Positions 8,863 to 18,799 of a DNA stretch of 64,000 nucleotides are shown in pieces. The position numbers and the translations under genes are program-made. Under the pieces are notes generated by a model, which was not told the DNA's origin, made no database searches, and worked only from the letters and a program-made list of their open reading frames with translations. The stretch's first letter is position 1. Every line of letters starts with the position of its first letter. The stretch is from Vicinamibacteraceae bacterium (GTDB lineage Bacteria; Acidobacteriota; Vicinamibacteria; Vicinamibacterales; JAFNAJ01): assembly GCA_039812685.1 (NCBI GenBank), contig JBDIBB010000002.1, positions 17,291-81,290 of the forward strand, in the 5' to 3' direction.

Positions 8863-11541
8863 CTATGAGATGGCCGGATCGACCTTGGCCGGATCGATCG
8901 ACAGGTCCTTGATGGCCTGTTCGACCACCCTGGCCTCCACCTGCCCTTCGCGCATCAGCGCCGAGAGCGTGGCGAGGACCACGAAGCGGGCGTCGACCTC
9001 GAAGAAGTTGCGCAGCGCCGCGCGGCCTTCGCTGCGACCGAAGCCGTCGGTTCCGAGCGAGACGAGCGGCCGCGGCAGCCAGCCGTCCACGCTGCGCGGC
9101 AGCGCCTTCACGTAGTCGGAGACGGCCACCAGGGCGCCGGGCGCCTCGCCCAGGCACTGCGTCACCCAGGGCGTGCGTTGTGGCTCGCCCGGGTGGAGCA
9201 TGTTCCAGCGGTCGCAGGCGTTGCCGTCGCGATACAGCTGGGTGTAGCTGGTGACGCTCCACACGTCGGCCGCCACCTTGTATTTCTCCGCGAGCATCTG
9301 CTGCGCCTGCAGCACCTCGGGCAGCAGCGCGCCGCTGCCCAGCAGTTGCGCCTTGAGCCTGGCCTTGGGGTTCGGCGCCGGCGCGAGCTTGTACAACCCG
9401 CGCAGGATGCCCTCGCGGGCGCCCTGCGGCATCGCGGGATGCGCGTACTGCTCGTTCATCACGGTGAGGTAGAAGAAGATCGCCTCGTCCTCGCCGTACA
9501 TGCGTCGCATGCCATCCTGCAGGATCACCGCGATCTCGTGGGCGTACGCCGGATCGTAGGCGCGCAGGTTCGGGACGGGCAAGGCCAGCAGCTGGCTGTT
9601 GCCATCCTGGTGCTGCAGCCCCTCGCCCGCCAGCGTCGTGCGGCCGGCGGTTCCGCCCAGCAGGAAGCCGCGCGTCCGCATGTCGGCGGCGGCCCACACG
9701 AGGTCGCCCACGCGCTGCAGCCCGAACATCGAGTAGAAGATGAAGAACGGGATCATGTTCACGCCGTGCGTCGCATAGGCGTTGCCGGCGGCGATGAACG
9801 ACGCGAGGCTCCCGGCCTCCGTGATGCCTTCCTCGAGGATCTGCCCGTCGGTGGCTTCCTTGTAGTACAGCAGCGTGTCGATGTCCACCGGCTGGTAGAG
9901 CTGCCCCACGTGGGAGTAGATCCCCACCTGGCGGAACAGCGCCTCCATGCCGAAGGTGCGCGCCTCGTCGGGGACGATCGGCACCACGAGGCGCCCGAGA
10001 TCCGGGTGCCGCAGCAGCTTCGACAGCATCCGCACGAAGGCCATTGTCGTCGCCACCTTGCGACCGTCGGTGCCCTTGTGGAATTCCTCGAACAGGTCGT
10101 CGAGGTCGGGCTTCAGCGCCGGCGTGACGACGGTGCGCTTCGGGGTGAAGCCCCCGAGCGCGCGGCGCCGCTCGAGCAGGTACTGGATTTCGGGGCTGTC
10201 CTCGGGCGGACGGTAGAACGGCAGGTCGTCGACGTCCTCGTCGGAGATCGGGATGCCGAAACGCGTGCGAAAGGCGAGCAGTTCGGCGTCGTTGAGCTTC
10301 TTCTGCTGGTGCGTGATGTTCTTGCCCTCGCCGCTCTCGCCCAGGCCGTAGCCCTTGATCGTGCGGGCGAGCACGACGGTCGGGGCGCCCCGGTGCTGCG
10401 TGGCGGCGAGGTAGGCGTTGTAGACCTTCTCCGGGTCGTGGCCACCCAGTCGCATCCGCTTCAACTGGTCGTCGGAGAGGTGGCGCACCATGTCGAGCAG
10501 CCGCGGGTCGGCGCCCCAGAAGTGCTGGCGGATGTAGGCGCCCGACTCCACGGCGTACTTCTGGTACTGGCCGTCGACGATCTCTCCGGCACGCCGCGCC
10601 AGCAGCCCGTCGCGGTCCTTCGCGAACAGCGGGTCCCACTCGCGCCCCCAGAGCACCTTGATCACGTTCCAGCCGGCGCCGCGGAACGTGCTCTCGAGTT
10701 CCTGGACGATCTGGCCGTTGCCGCGCACCGGCCCGTCGAGCCGCTGCAGGTTGCAGTTGATGACGAAGATGAGGTTGTCGAGCTTCTCGCGCGCCGCCAG
10801 CGTGATGGCGCCCAGCGCCTCGGGCTCGTCGGTCTCGCCGTCACCGAGGAAGCACCACACCTTCCGGCCGTCGAGCTTCTTGATGCCGCGATCCTCGAGA
10901 TAGCGGCTGAAGCGCGCCTGGTAGATGGCCATGATCGGGCCCAGCCCCATCGAGACCGTCGGGAACTCCCAGAAGTCGGGCATCAGCCAGGGGTGCGGGT
11001 AGGACGACAGCCCGCCGCCCGGCGCGCACTCGCGGCGGAAGTTCTGCATCTGCTCGGCGCTGATGCGGCCCTCGAGAAACGCACGCCCGTAGAGCCCCGG
11101 CGACGCGTGCCCCTGGAAGTAGACCAGGTCGCCGTCGGCGCCCGACTCGCCACGCCCCCGGAAGAAATGGTTGAGCCCCACCTCGAACAGCGTCGCGGCC
11201 GACGCATAGGTGGAGATGTGCCCGCCGATGCCGCTCTCGGCCCGGTTGGCCCGCACCACCATGGCGAGCGCGTTCCAGCGCACCAGGCTCTTGATGCGGC
11301 GCTCGATCTCGCCGTTGCCCGGCATCGGCACCTGCTCGCTGGCCGGGATGGTGTTGACGTAGGGCGTGTTGGCCGTGAACGCCAGCTTCACGCCAGCCTT
11401 CCGGGCGTGGATCTCCAGTTGACGCAGCAGGCGGCCGGCGCGGCGGGGCCCGGACGACTCCAGCACGTAATCGAGTGAGTCGAGCCACTCGCGCGTCTCG
11501 GTCGGATTGGGGTCGGCGGTATCTTTGGCAGCAGGTTTCAT
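8863..11541 (-). CDS. aceE: pyruvate dehydrogenase E1 component, homodimeric type
   Basis: About 890-aa AceE-type sequence (TETREWLDSLDYV, GGHISTYASAA, GDGETDEPE). I place the start at MKPAAKD (ATG 11541); the track ORF extends to 11655 with a non-protein-like N-terminus. Confidence 0.93.
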   Translation of the reverse strand: MKPAAKDTADPNPTETREWLDSLDYVLESSGPRRAGRLLRQLEIHARKAGVKLAFTANTPYVNTIPASEQVPMPGNGEIERRIKSLVRWNALAMVVRANRAESGIGGHISTYASAATLFEVGLNHFFRGRGESGADGDLVYFQGHASPGLYGRAFLEGRISAEQMQNFRRECAPGGGLSSYPHPWLMPDFWEFPTVSMGLGPIMAIYQARFSRYLEDRGIKKLDGRKVWCFLGDGETDEPEALGAITLAAREKLDNLIFVINCNLQRLDGPVRGNGQIVQELESTFRGAGWNVIKVLWGREWDPLFAKDRDGLLARRAGEIVDGQYQKYAVESGAYIRQHFWGADPRLLDMVRHLSDDQLKRMRLGGHDPEKVYNAYLAATQHRGAPTVVLARTIKGYGLGESGEGKNITHQQKKLNDAELLAFRTRFGIPISDEDVDDLPFYRPPEDSPEIQYLLERRRALGGFTPKRTVVTPALKPDLDDLFEEFHKGTDGRKVATTMAFVRMLSKLLRHPDLGRLVVPIVPDEARTFGMEALFRQVGIYSHVGQLYQPVDIDTLLYYKEATDGQILEEGITEAGSLASFIAAGNAYATHGVNMIPFFIFYSMFGLQRVGDLVWAAADMRTRGFLLGGTAGRTTLAGEGLQHQDGNSQLLALPVPNLRAYDPAYAHEIAVILQDGMRRMYGEDEAIFFYLTVMNEQYAHPAMPQGAREGILRGLYKLAPAPNPKARLKAQLLGSGALLPEVLQAQQMLAEKYKVAADVWSVTSYTQLYRDGNACDRWNMLHPGEPQRTPWVTQCLGEAPGALVAVSDYVKALPRSVDGWLPRPLVSLGTDGFGRSEGRAALRNFFEVDARFVVLATLSALMREGQVEARVVEQAIKDLSIDPAKVDPAIS

Positions 11542-11733
11542 GGTCGCAATGGATGGCGGGCCGGCGTGCGGACAGGCGCGCGGGAACCCCGGCGAGCTGT
11601 CAGGGCTCGGGTTGCGGCCGACGTTCGGTGCGGGCCCGGGAGGCAAGCTTATCACCCCGCCGCCACCGGTTCCTGCCGCAGGGCGGCATCAGTCCCTCTT
11701 CTCGCCTGCCGTCACCGGCGGTCCAAGTTGGGG

Positions 11734-11739
11734 TAGATT
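11734..11739 (+). promoter_or_regulatory. -10 box TAGATT, 6 nt upstream of the lemA ATG (leaderless-type promoter)
   Basis: Sequence GGGGTAGATTCTTCGCATG. The spacing is identical to three other genes in this window. Confidence 0.4.
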
Positions 11740-11745
11740 CTTCGC

Positions 11746-12321
11746 ATGCACACCCTTGCGCCCCGCTCGTGGCCGCGTGCGGCCGTCCTGTTGCTGCTGG
11801 CGATCGCCGCCGCTCCGGGCTGTTCCTACAACCGCTTCACGGCGCTCGAGGAGAGCATCAAGGGCTCGTGGGGCGAGGTGCAGAACCAGTTGCAGCGACG
11901 CAACGATCTCGTCCCGAACCTGGTCGAGACCGTCAAGGGCGTGGCCGCGCAGGAACAGCAGGTGTTCGGCCAGATCGCCGAGTCGCGCGCGAAGCTGGCG
12001 GGCGCGCGCACGCCGGAAGAGACGATCGCCGCCGCCAACGAGCAGACATCCGCGCTGGCGCGGCTGCTGGCGATCGTCGAGAACTACCCGCAGCTGCGCT
12101 CGAGCGAGTCGTTCAACCGCCTGATGGACGAACTGGCCGGCACCGAGAACCGGCTGGCGGTGGCGCGCGGCCGCTACAACGAGCGCATCCAGGAATACAA
12201 CACGCTGCGGCGGCAGTTCCCGAGCAACATCACCGGCAAGATCTTCGGGTTCGAGGAGCACCCCTACTTCGAGGCGCCGAAGGAGGCCGCGGCGGTGCCG
12301 AAGGTGGAGTTCGGGAAGTAG
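11746..12321 (+). CDS. lemA: LemA family protein
   Basis: Lipobox-like LAIAAAPGCS, then NRFTALEESIKGSWGEVQNQLQRRNDLVPNLVETVKG, typical of LemA. Confidence 0.9.
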   Translation: MHTLAPRSWPRAAVLLLLAIAAAPGCSYNRFTALEESIKGSWGEVQNQLQRRNDLVPNLVETVKGVAAQEQQVFGQIAESRAKLAGARTPEETIAAANEQTSALARLLAIVENYPQLRSSESFNRLMDELAGTENRLAVARGRYNERIQEYNTLRRQFPSNITGKIFGFEEHPYFEAPKEAAAVPKVEFGK

Positions 12322-12362
12322 GAAGGCCCGCGGGCGCACCCGGCGCCCCGGCGAAGATCCGC

Positions 12363-13340
12363 ATGCCGCTGCGTCCCGACGAGCTGTCCCTCCTGCTCGA
12401 GGCTCTCGCCGCGCTGCCCGCGGACTGGCACTCGGCCGGTTTCATCCCGATGCCCGGCGTCGAGGCGCTCGCCCGTCACGCCTCGGCGCGGCGGCTGACG
12501 CGCTCGATCGAGACCGGCGCAGGGCGCACCACCGTGCTGCTCTCGCACCTCAGCGAGCGTCACACGGTGTTCGCGCTGGATGGAGGCGACAGCCTGAAGC
12601 GCACGCGCGAGCACCCGCTGCTGAACCCCCACACGGTGGAGTTCATCGAGGGCCCGTCGCAGCGCACGATCTTCGAGTTCGCCGGCAGCGACCCACTCCA
12701 GCTCGTGCTGCTCGACGGCCCGCACGGCTTTCCCTTCCCCAATCTCGAGTACTGGCGGTTCTACCCGAGCCTCGAACCAGGGGGCCTGCTGGTCGTCGAC
12801 GACATCCACATCCCGACGATCCGGCTGCTGTTCGATTTCCTCGCCGAAGATCCCATGTTCCACCTGCTCGAGGTGGTCGGCCGGACAGCCTTCTTCGAGC
12901 GGACCGGGGCTCCCACGTTCGATCCCTTCGGCGATGGCTGGCTGCTCCAGCCCTTCAACTCGGCGCGATTTCCGACGGAGGCCCCCCTGACGGCCGGCCC
13001 GGCGCCCCCCGACTTCACGTACCGCAACCGGCTGCCAGTCCTCGCTGCCGCCTGGTGCGCCGCGGGCACCAGGATCGCCATCTTCGGAATTGGTCCGCAC
13101 ACCGACCACCTGTTTGCGGTCGTGCCTGAACTCGAGCAGGTCGAGATCGTGGCCTTTCTCGACTCGACCGCCGGCGGGACCGGACTGCGCTACCGCGGCA
13201 GGCCGGTGGAACGCCCGGCGTGGGCTCCGGGCCACGTCGACCTGGTGCTCTGCTCGTCGTTCCGGCACGAGTGGGCGCAGATCGAGATCCTCGACCGGCT
13301 GCCCGTCAAGGCGGTCTTCTCCCACCAGCCGGGGATCTGA
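12363..13340 (+). CDS. class I SAM-dependent methyltransferase (Methyltransf_24-like) with C-terminal NeuD/PglD-N-like Rossmann module
   Basis: VLLDGPHGFPFPNLEYWRFYPSLEPGGLLVVDDIH, then a C-terminal RIAIFGIGPHTDHL...VAFLDS...GRPV module. This is the real part of track ORF 11475..13340. Confidence 0.75.
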   Translation: MPLRPDELSLLLEALAALPADWHSAGFIPMPGVEALARHASARRLTRSIETGAGRTTVLLSHLSERHTVFALDGGDSLKRTREHPLLNPHTVEFIEGPSQRTIFEFAGSDPLQLVLLDGPHGFPFPNLEYWRFYPSLEPGGLLVVDDIHIPTIRLLFDFLAEDPMFHLLEVVGRTAFFERTGAPTFDPFGDGWLLQPFNSARFPTEAPLTAGPAPPDFTYRNRLPVLAAAWCAAGTRIAIFGIGPHTDHLFAVVPELEQVEIVAFLDSTAGGTGLRYRGRPVERPAWAPGHVDLVLCSSFRHEWAQIEILDRLPVKAVFSHQPGI

Positions 13341-13368
13341 GCGGGGCCCGGCAAACCCGGACACGACA

Positions 13369-14871
13369 TCAGGGGAGGGGGCTGCGCCACTCCCCCTTCT
13401 GCCAGCTCTCCGGCAGCGCATCGTGTTCCGGCGACAGGAGCCGCGCGCGGGGGAACAGCTCGATGCGGTCGCGGGGATAGCCCAGCGCCGTGAGGACGGC
13501 CAGCATCTCCTCGGGCCAGCAGGAGGCCAGCACGACGGCGTCGATCCCGAGTTCGAACACCTGGCCTGGCGCCAGGACGGGCCGGCCGTGAAGGCACTCG
13601 CCGCGCTTCCCTCGGGCCGAATCGAGAAACGCCACGGTGTCCATGAACGGCTGCAGCTCCGAGAACGCCCTCCGGCCTCCTTCGCCGGCGCCGAAGATGG
13701 CAATCCGCCGGCGCGGCCCCGCCGGCGCCCGCGGCCAGTCGGACTCGTCGGCCGCCGCACCGCCGGCTGCTTCCAGCAGGCGCTCGAGCTGGCGGAACGA
13801 CGTGCCGTACGCAAAGGCCTGAGCCCGGCCTGCTGCCGTGGTTCCCAGGCGTCCGGCCAGCGACCGATCCTGGAGGAGCCGTTCGATGCCCGATGCGAGC
13901 GCGCCGGCATCGTCGACGGCGACCAGCCAAGCGTGCCGGCCGTGGTCGGCCAGCTCCCGGTGAGGGCCGATGTCCGACAGGACGCACGGGCGGCCGGCGG
14001 CCATCGCCTCGATGACGGCAAACGGCGTCCCCTCGTACCGCGACGGCAGCACGAACACGTCAGCTGCCGCCAGGCACCGTTCGACGTCGTCGCGGTGGCC
14101 GATGAAGTGAACCGGCCCCCCGTGCGGGTGCCCGTCTCCGGTACCGGCCCAGACGAAGACGACATCCCGCCGCCTGCTCGAGACGATGGCGGCCGCTTCG
14201 ACGAGGATCTCCGGGGCCTTCTGCGGGTGCACGCGCGCCACGGTGAGGACGAGGCAGCCATCGTCGGGCACACCCAATTCGCGCCGGACCGCGGCTCTGG
14301 CCGCCGCCAGCCAGTCCGGCCCGCGCGGCGTTGCGGGGCGGAGACTGGAGTTCGGGACGACATCGATGGCGTCAGGCAGCCAGCCGAGCGCGGCGCGAAG
14401 ATCGTCACGGCTCGCCCGTGACACCGCGACGAAGCGCTGGCCGCGACGTCGCGCCGTGGTGTAGAGCAGGCGCTCGAAGCCGTTGAAGTTGTGGGGCACG
14501 GTCAACTGGAACACGACGACCGACGGCACGCCCGCCAGCACCGTCGCCTCGACGAGCCCGCCGCCGCTGTCGATGAACGGAAGGACGACCGCGGCCCGAT
14601 CGACGGCGCGCGCGCGCAGCCACTTGAAGCCGGCGCTGCGATTCCTGAGGAACGTCTCGTAGGTGAAGGGCTGCCCCTCCGGGACGAAGCCGGCCGGGGC
14701 GACGCCGATGCCGTGGCGCTCGAGCGCATGCGCCAGCCATGCCGCACCCTCCGCCTCGGGCAGGCCGACGGTCACCTCGTGCCCGCCCGCCCGGGCCCAG
14801 TCCGAGAGCGCGAGGACATACTCCTCGGCGCCGCCGCGGGCGAACGCGGGCGTGAGGAGGCCGAGCTTCAC
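13369..14871 (-). CDS. GT4-family glycosyltransferase with C-terminal NeuD/PglD-N-like module
   Basis: GT-B C-terminal motif VFVLPSRYEGTPFAVIEAMAAGRPCV, then RIAIFGAGEGGRRAF...VAFLDSARGKRGECLHGRPV. ATGA overlap with the upstream gene at 14868..14871. Confidence 0.85.
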   Translation of the reverse strand: MKLGLLTPAFARGGAEEYVLALSDWARAGGHEVTVGLPEAEGAAWLAHALERHGIGVAPAGFVPEGQPFTYETFLRNRSAGFKWLRARAVDRAAVVLPFIDSGGGLVEATVLAGVPSVVVFQLTVPHNFNGFERLLYTTARRRGQRFVAVSRASRDDLRAALGWLPDAIDVVPNSSLRPATPRGPDWLAAARAAVRRELGVPDDGCLVLTVARVHPQKAPEILVEAAAIVSSRRRDVVFVWAGTGDGHPHGGPVHFIGHRDDVERCLAAADVFVLPSRYEGTPFAVIEAMAAGRPCVLSDIGPHRELADHGRHAWLVAVDDAGALASGIERLLQDRSLAGRLGTTAAGRAQAFAYGTSFRQLERLLEAAGGAAADESDWPRAPAGPRRRIAIFGAGEGGRRAFSELQPFMDTVAFLDSARGKRGECLHGRPVLAPGQVFELGIDAVVLASCWPEEMLAVLTALGYPRDRIELFPRARLLSPEHDALPESWQKGEWRSPLP

Positions 14872-17702
14872 GCGCTCCGCTCCGCCACGCCCAGGATCAC
14901 GGCGAGCGCGCGCGCAGGATCGTGGGCGCGCGCCACCGCTGGCGCCGCCGCCGCCGCGGCCTCGCCCAGGACGTCGATGCGATCCAGGGCCCGCGCCACC
15001 GCTGCCGCGATCTCGGCGGGCGCCAGGCTCGCGAACCGTTCACCGGCACCGCGCCCCGCGTCGATCTGCGCACTCATCCACGTGCCATCGGGCACGATCA
15101 CGGGCCGGCCGGCCACCGTGGCGTCGACGAACACCGCGGACAGGCGATGGCGGTACTGCCCGGGTTCGTAGGGCAACAGCACGAGATCGCTGCCGGTCAC
15201 CAGTGCGTCGTATTCCCTGGACGGCAGGAATCGCTCGATCAGTTCGACGCCGGGCTGGCGACCCAGCGCCTCGATCGCCCGCCTGACGGAGTCATCCGCG
15301 AACTCGTTCCGGGCCGCGTGGCAGACGAGCGTCATCTCGCCGGCCGACAGCCGGGGTGCGAGGCGTTCGGCAATCCGCGGCAGCAGCGCGAACCCCTTGT
15401 CCGACCGCGCCTCGCCGGCGTAGAGCACGCGCGGCACGCGCCGCGGATCCCACGGGTCGGGACGGGCCCCGGCCTCGGCCGGAAATCCCATGGGCCACAC
15501 CTGCCGGTTGAACGTCATCTCGAGCGCGGGCGCCAGCGACTCGCACTGCGCAAGCAAGCGCAGGCCGTCGCCGGCGCTCTGCTCGATGCGCGCCAGCGTC
15601 AGCTGGCAGGCGTGGATGACTTCGTCCTCCGACACGCGCAGCCAGCGAGCCTCCTGCCACGGCAGGAAGTGAAAGAGGAACCGAACCGCCGGCCGCTCGT
15701 CCGGCGACAGCCCGTCGAGCCATGCCGCGGCGCCGAGCAGTTCCACCAGGTTCGCGGTGTGGAACAGCACCACGTCGCGGGCTCCCAGTCCGTGGCTGCT
15801 GCCGAGCGTAGCCAGGTCGTCGGCCAGGAACGCCGCGAAGCGGGCCACGGCGCGCCACGGGTCGTCAGCAGCCTCGGGAAGGAGGTCCCAGTGGGCGAAC
15901 TCGAAGGCCGGCACGAACAGCGCCAGTTCCTCCGGCTCCAGGCCGTCGAGCAGCCTCCGGCGCGCGCCTGCCACGACGACCTCGAGGTCGCGTGCCGCGG
16001 CATCAAGGAGCCGGGCCAGGCGCAGGAATGGCCCTCGGCTCCGGCCGGCGCTCGGCTCGGCCACCAGCAGTCTGCGCGCGGGCCGGCGGCCCGGCTGGGC
16101 TCGTTGCGCGGGGGGCTTCACCCGGGAACCCCCGAGCCGCGCGCGCAGCAGCGGCGTGATGAGCTCGTGACGATAGAGCGCGAGCGCGTGCCCGCCGCCC
16201 TCGCGGTACGCGGCGAGGTCCTGCCACATCTCCGCTTCGAACACCTGCGAGGAGAGGACGATGAACTCGTCGGCCGCCGCGACGAACGCGGCGGCAGGGA
16301 CGACCGGCAGCCCTTCCTCGCTCGATGCCCCGGCGTTGGCGCCCTTGTCGACGATCCGCCGCACGGGCACGCCGTGACGCTCGAGCCTGCGCAGCAGCTC
16401 GCGCGTGTGCGAACCGTTGCCCCAGATCGTGACCGGCGGCCTCGCCGCGGCCTCCCAGGCCGCGATCAGCCGCTGCTCGACCGCTGACGGAATGGCCCCG
16501 GGCTCGATCCGGTTCGTCGCCGCGTTCCGGATGACGTCCCCCAGCGCGCCGTAGCAGGCCGCTTCCGAGAAGCGCAGGGCCACGTGACGCCGGGCGGCCT
16601 GCCCGAGCGCGTGACGGGCATCGGGCGAGCCGAGCAGGCGGATCACCTCGCCAGCGAAACCCTCGGGCGTGTCCGCGATCGCCAGTTCGAAGCCATGCCT
16701 CAGATCGGTGCCCTCCGCCCCCACTCTCGTCGTCACGACGGGGCGGGCCGCGGCGGCGGCCTCGACGATCTTGATCTTCAGTCCGCTCCCGTAGAGATAT
16801 GGCGCGACGACCACCGCGGCGGCAGCCATCTCGCGGACGGGATCGTCGACCATGCCGACGAGGTCGACGCCGGGCGGCAGGCCGGCAACGCGCTGCGCCA
16901 TCGCCTCGGCGATCAGACCCACCAGGCGCAGCCGCGCGTGCGGGACCCGGGCGACCACCTGCGGCCACACGCGATCGAGCAGCCACCCCACCGCGTCGCG
17001 GTTCGACGGATTGTCGCTGCCCGCGTAGACGACCGTGCCGGGCGCTCCCGCGCCGGCTTCGACCGGCGGCACGGCGTGAGGCACGCAGAGCACGGTCTGG
17101 GACGGGCGCACCTGCGCCGCCACGAGCCGCGCCTCCTCGGGCGTGATGGCGAGCAGTACGTCCCAGGCGCGCCACAGATAGTGCTCGGTTCGCGCTTCCA
17201 TCGAATAGGGCGACGGCCGTCCCGTGGCCTCGCTCGCCCGGCGGCCATGCACGGCGATCACGTCGTGCAGGTCGACGATGCGGAGGACGCGACGGGGAAG
17301 CGGATCGAAGATTGGCGCCGTCCACGCGTAGGAAGACACCACCGCCGCGTAGTCCATGCCGTCGACCAGCGCGCGCACCAGCATCGTGAGCGCCGTCCCG
17401 GGCCACATGTTGGTCGGCACCGGAACGTATCCCTCGTAGAAGGCCTCGAACTGTCGCACGACGGCCTGGTCCTCCACGCTGCGCCACCCGTCGACGCGAA
17501 GCGTGCGGCGAAAGCCGTGGAAGCTGGCCTCCTGCGAGGCGACGCCCGGGTTCCCCTGGTAGACCAGGTCGAGGTCGAACCCCTGGCCCGACAGGAACGA
17601 GGCCATCGCCAGCACGCGCCGGATGTTGCCGTGGGCGAGCCGGTCCATGCACCAGGGAAAGACCATGAGCACCGCCGGCGCCGATCCGCCCCGTGCGGTC
17701 AT
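14868..17702 (-). CDS. 944-aa double glycosyltransferase (two GT-B halves separated by a NeuD/PglD-N-like module)
   Basis: N-terminal half has YGSGLKIKIVEAAAAARPVVTTRVGAEG. The centre has VTIWGNGSHTRELL...GLPVV. The C-terminal half has VLLPYEPGQYRHRLSAVFVDATVAGRPVIV. I place the start at MTARGGS (ATG 17702), which forms an ATGA overlap with the stop of the upstream gene. Confidence 0.75.
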   Translation of the reverse strand: MTARGGSAPAVLMVFPWCMDRLAHGNIRRVLAMASFLSGQGFDLDLVYQGNPGVASQEASFHGFRRTLRVDGWRSVEDQAVVRQFEAFYEGYVPVPTNMWPGTALTMLVRALVDGMDYAAVVSSYAWTAPIFDPLPRRVLRIVDLHDVIAVHGRRASEATGRPSPYSMEARTEHYLWRAWDVLLAITPEEARLVAAQVRPSQTVLCVPHAVPPVEAGAGAPGTVVYAGSDNPSNRDAVGWLLDRVWPQVVARVPHARLRLVGLIAEAMAQRVAGLPPGVDLVGMVDDPVREMAAAAVVVAPYLYGSGLKIKIVEAAAAARPVVTTRVGAEGTDLRHGFELAIADTPEGFAGEVIRLLGSPDARHALGQAARRHVALRFSEAACYGALGDVIRNAATNRIEPGAIPSAVEQRLIAAWEAAARPPVTIWGNGSHTRELLRRLERHGVPVRRIVDKGANAGASSEEGLPVVPAAAFVAAADEFIVLSSQVFEAEMWQDLAAYREGGGHALALYRHELITPLLRARLGGSRVKPPAQRAQPGRRPARRLLVAEPSAGRSRGPFLRLARLLDAAARDLEVVVAGARRRLLDGLEPEELALFVPAFEFAHWDLLPEAADDPWRAVARFAAFLADDLATLGSSHGLGARDVVLFHTANLVELLGAAAWLDGLSPDERPAVRFLFHFLPWQEARWLRVSEDEVIHACQLTLARIEQSAGDGLRLLAQCESLAPALEMTFNRQVWPMGFPAEAGARPDPWDPRRVPRVLYAGEARSDKGFALLPRIAERLAPRLSAGEMTLVCHAARNEFADDSVRRAIEALGRQPGVELIERFLPSREYDALVTGSDLVLLPYEPGQYRHRLSAVFVDATVAGRPVIVPDGTWMSAQIDAGRGAGERFASLAPAEIAAAVARALDRIDVLGEAAAAAAPAVARAHDPARALAVILGVAERSA

Positions 17703-18799
17703 GGCGCCGCGTTCCCGCACGCTGGCTGCCCATGACGCCGCGTCGCAAGGCAGAAGATGTTGTCGCCGCGGTCGGCTGCCGACGCGCCAGCCAGGTCGAG
17801 CGTCGCGAGCACCGCCGTGACGTCCGCCGGCGCATGCCATGACCAGACCGTCTCGATCCGGTCGACTTCGAAGCCGGCGGCATCGAGCCGGCGGCGAAGC
17901 TCCGTGACGGTCATCTCCCTCACGTGCGGCGCGTAGACCATGGGCGGTTCATGCCTGAGGATGCGCTCGATGGCGAGCGTGCCGGCGGCGTTGGGCGTCG
18001 TGCAGAACAGGCGCCCCCCGGGGCGCAGCACGCGGCGGCACTCGGCCAGGCACGACGTGACGCCGCTCCAGGTCCGCATCGTCCGCCCCCAGTAGTCGCG
18101 GTTGTCCTCGTCACGATCCTTCAGGTGTTCGAGGACCTCCATGTTCAGGACGAGGTCGACCGAATCGTCCGGTAACCCGAATGGGTATCTCAGGTCGCCG
18201 TCGGTCGCCGAGGCCGCCACACCCCACGTCTGTTCGAGGAAGTCGAGCACGACCGATCGTCCGCCGACCTCCAGTACCGACATACCGGGTGCGATCACCG
18301 GCCGCAGCCACTTCAGGGAGTCGATATAGCGCCGGCGGTGCGCCTGGAGGTACTCCGTCTGATCCGCCGCCTGGAGGAATGTCAGAAATGGATCGTCGCC
18401 GGAGGGATTGCCGGCGGCTGTCGGCGCGAGCGTGGTGACGCCGAGGTGCGAGGGGATCACCTTCAGCGGGACGCCATCGAACACCGCCATCTGGGCCAGT
18501 TCGTGTGCGAACGACGAACAGAGGACCACGTCGCAATGGCCTGCCGCCCATGACGGCGGGCGCACCGGCAGGCCGCGGAAGGTTCGCTCGTCGTCAGCCG
18601 CATCCGACTCCAGGAACGCCACGAGCCCCGTGCGGGCCAGTTCGGGGACGGCCTCGAGCAGGTACTCGGTGTGGGCTCCGGTGCCGAAGATGGCGACGCG
18701 CGCGCCGCTGCGCGCCCAGGATCGCGCGAGGGGCACGAGCCGCGTGCGATACGCCTGGTCGGCCCCGGCTGTACGAAACTGGCTCGTCATGACCATCAC
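17699..18799 (-). CDS. class I SAM-dependent methyltransferase with N-terminal NeuD/PglD-N-like module
   Basis: N-terminal RVAIFGTGAHTEYLL...VAFLESD...GLPV. Methyltransferase core VLEVGGRS...VDLVLNMEVLEHL...LRPGGRLFCTTPN. Confidence 0.8.
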   Translation of the reverse strand: MMVMTSQFRTAGADQAYRTRLVPLARSWARSGARVAIFGTGAHTEYLLEAVPELARTGLVAFLESDAADDERTFRGLPVRPPSWAAGHCDVVLCSSFAHELAQMAVFDGVPLKVIPSHLGVTTLAPTAAGNPSGDDPFLTFLQAADQTEYLQAHRRRYIDSLKWLRPVIAPGMSVLEVGGRSVVLDFLEQTWGVAASATDGDLRYPFGLPDDSVDLVLNMEVLEHLKDRDEDNRDYWGRTMRTWSGVTSCLAECRRVLRPGGRLFCTTPNAAGTLAIERILRHEPPMVYAPHVREMTVTELRRRLDAAGFEVDRIETVWSWHAPADVTAVLATLDLAGASAADRGDNIFCLATRRHGQPACGNAAP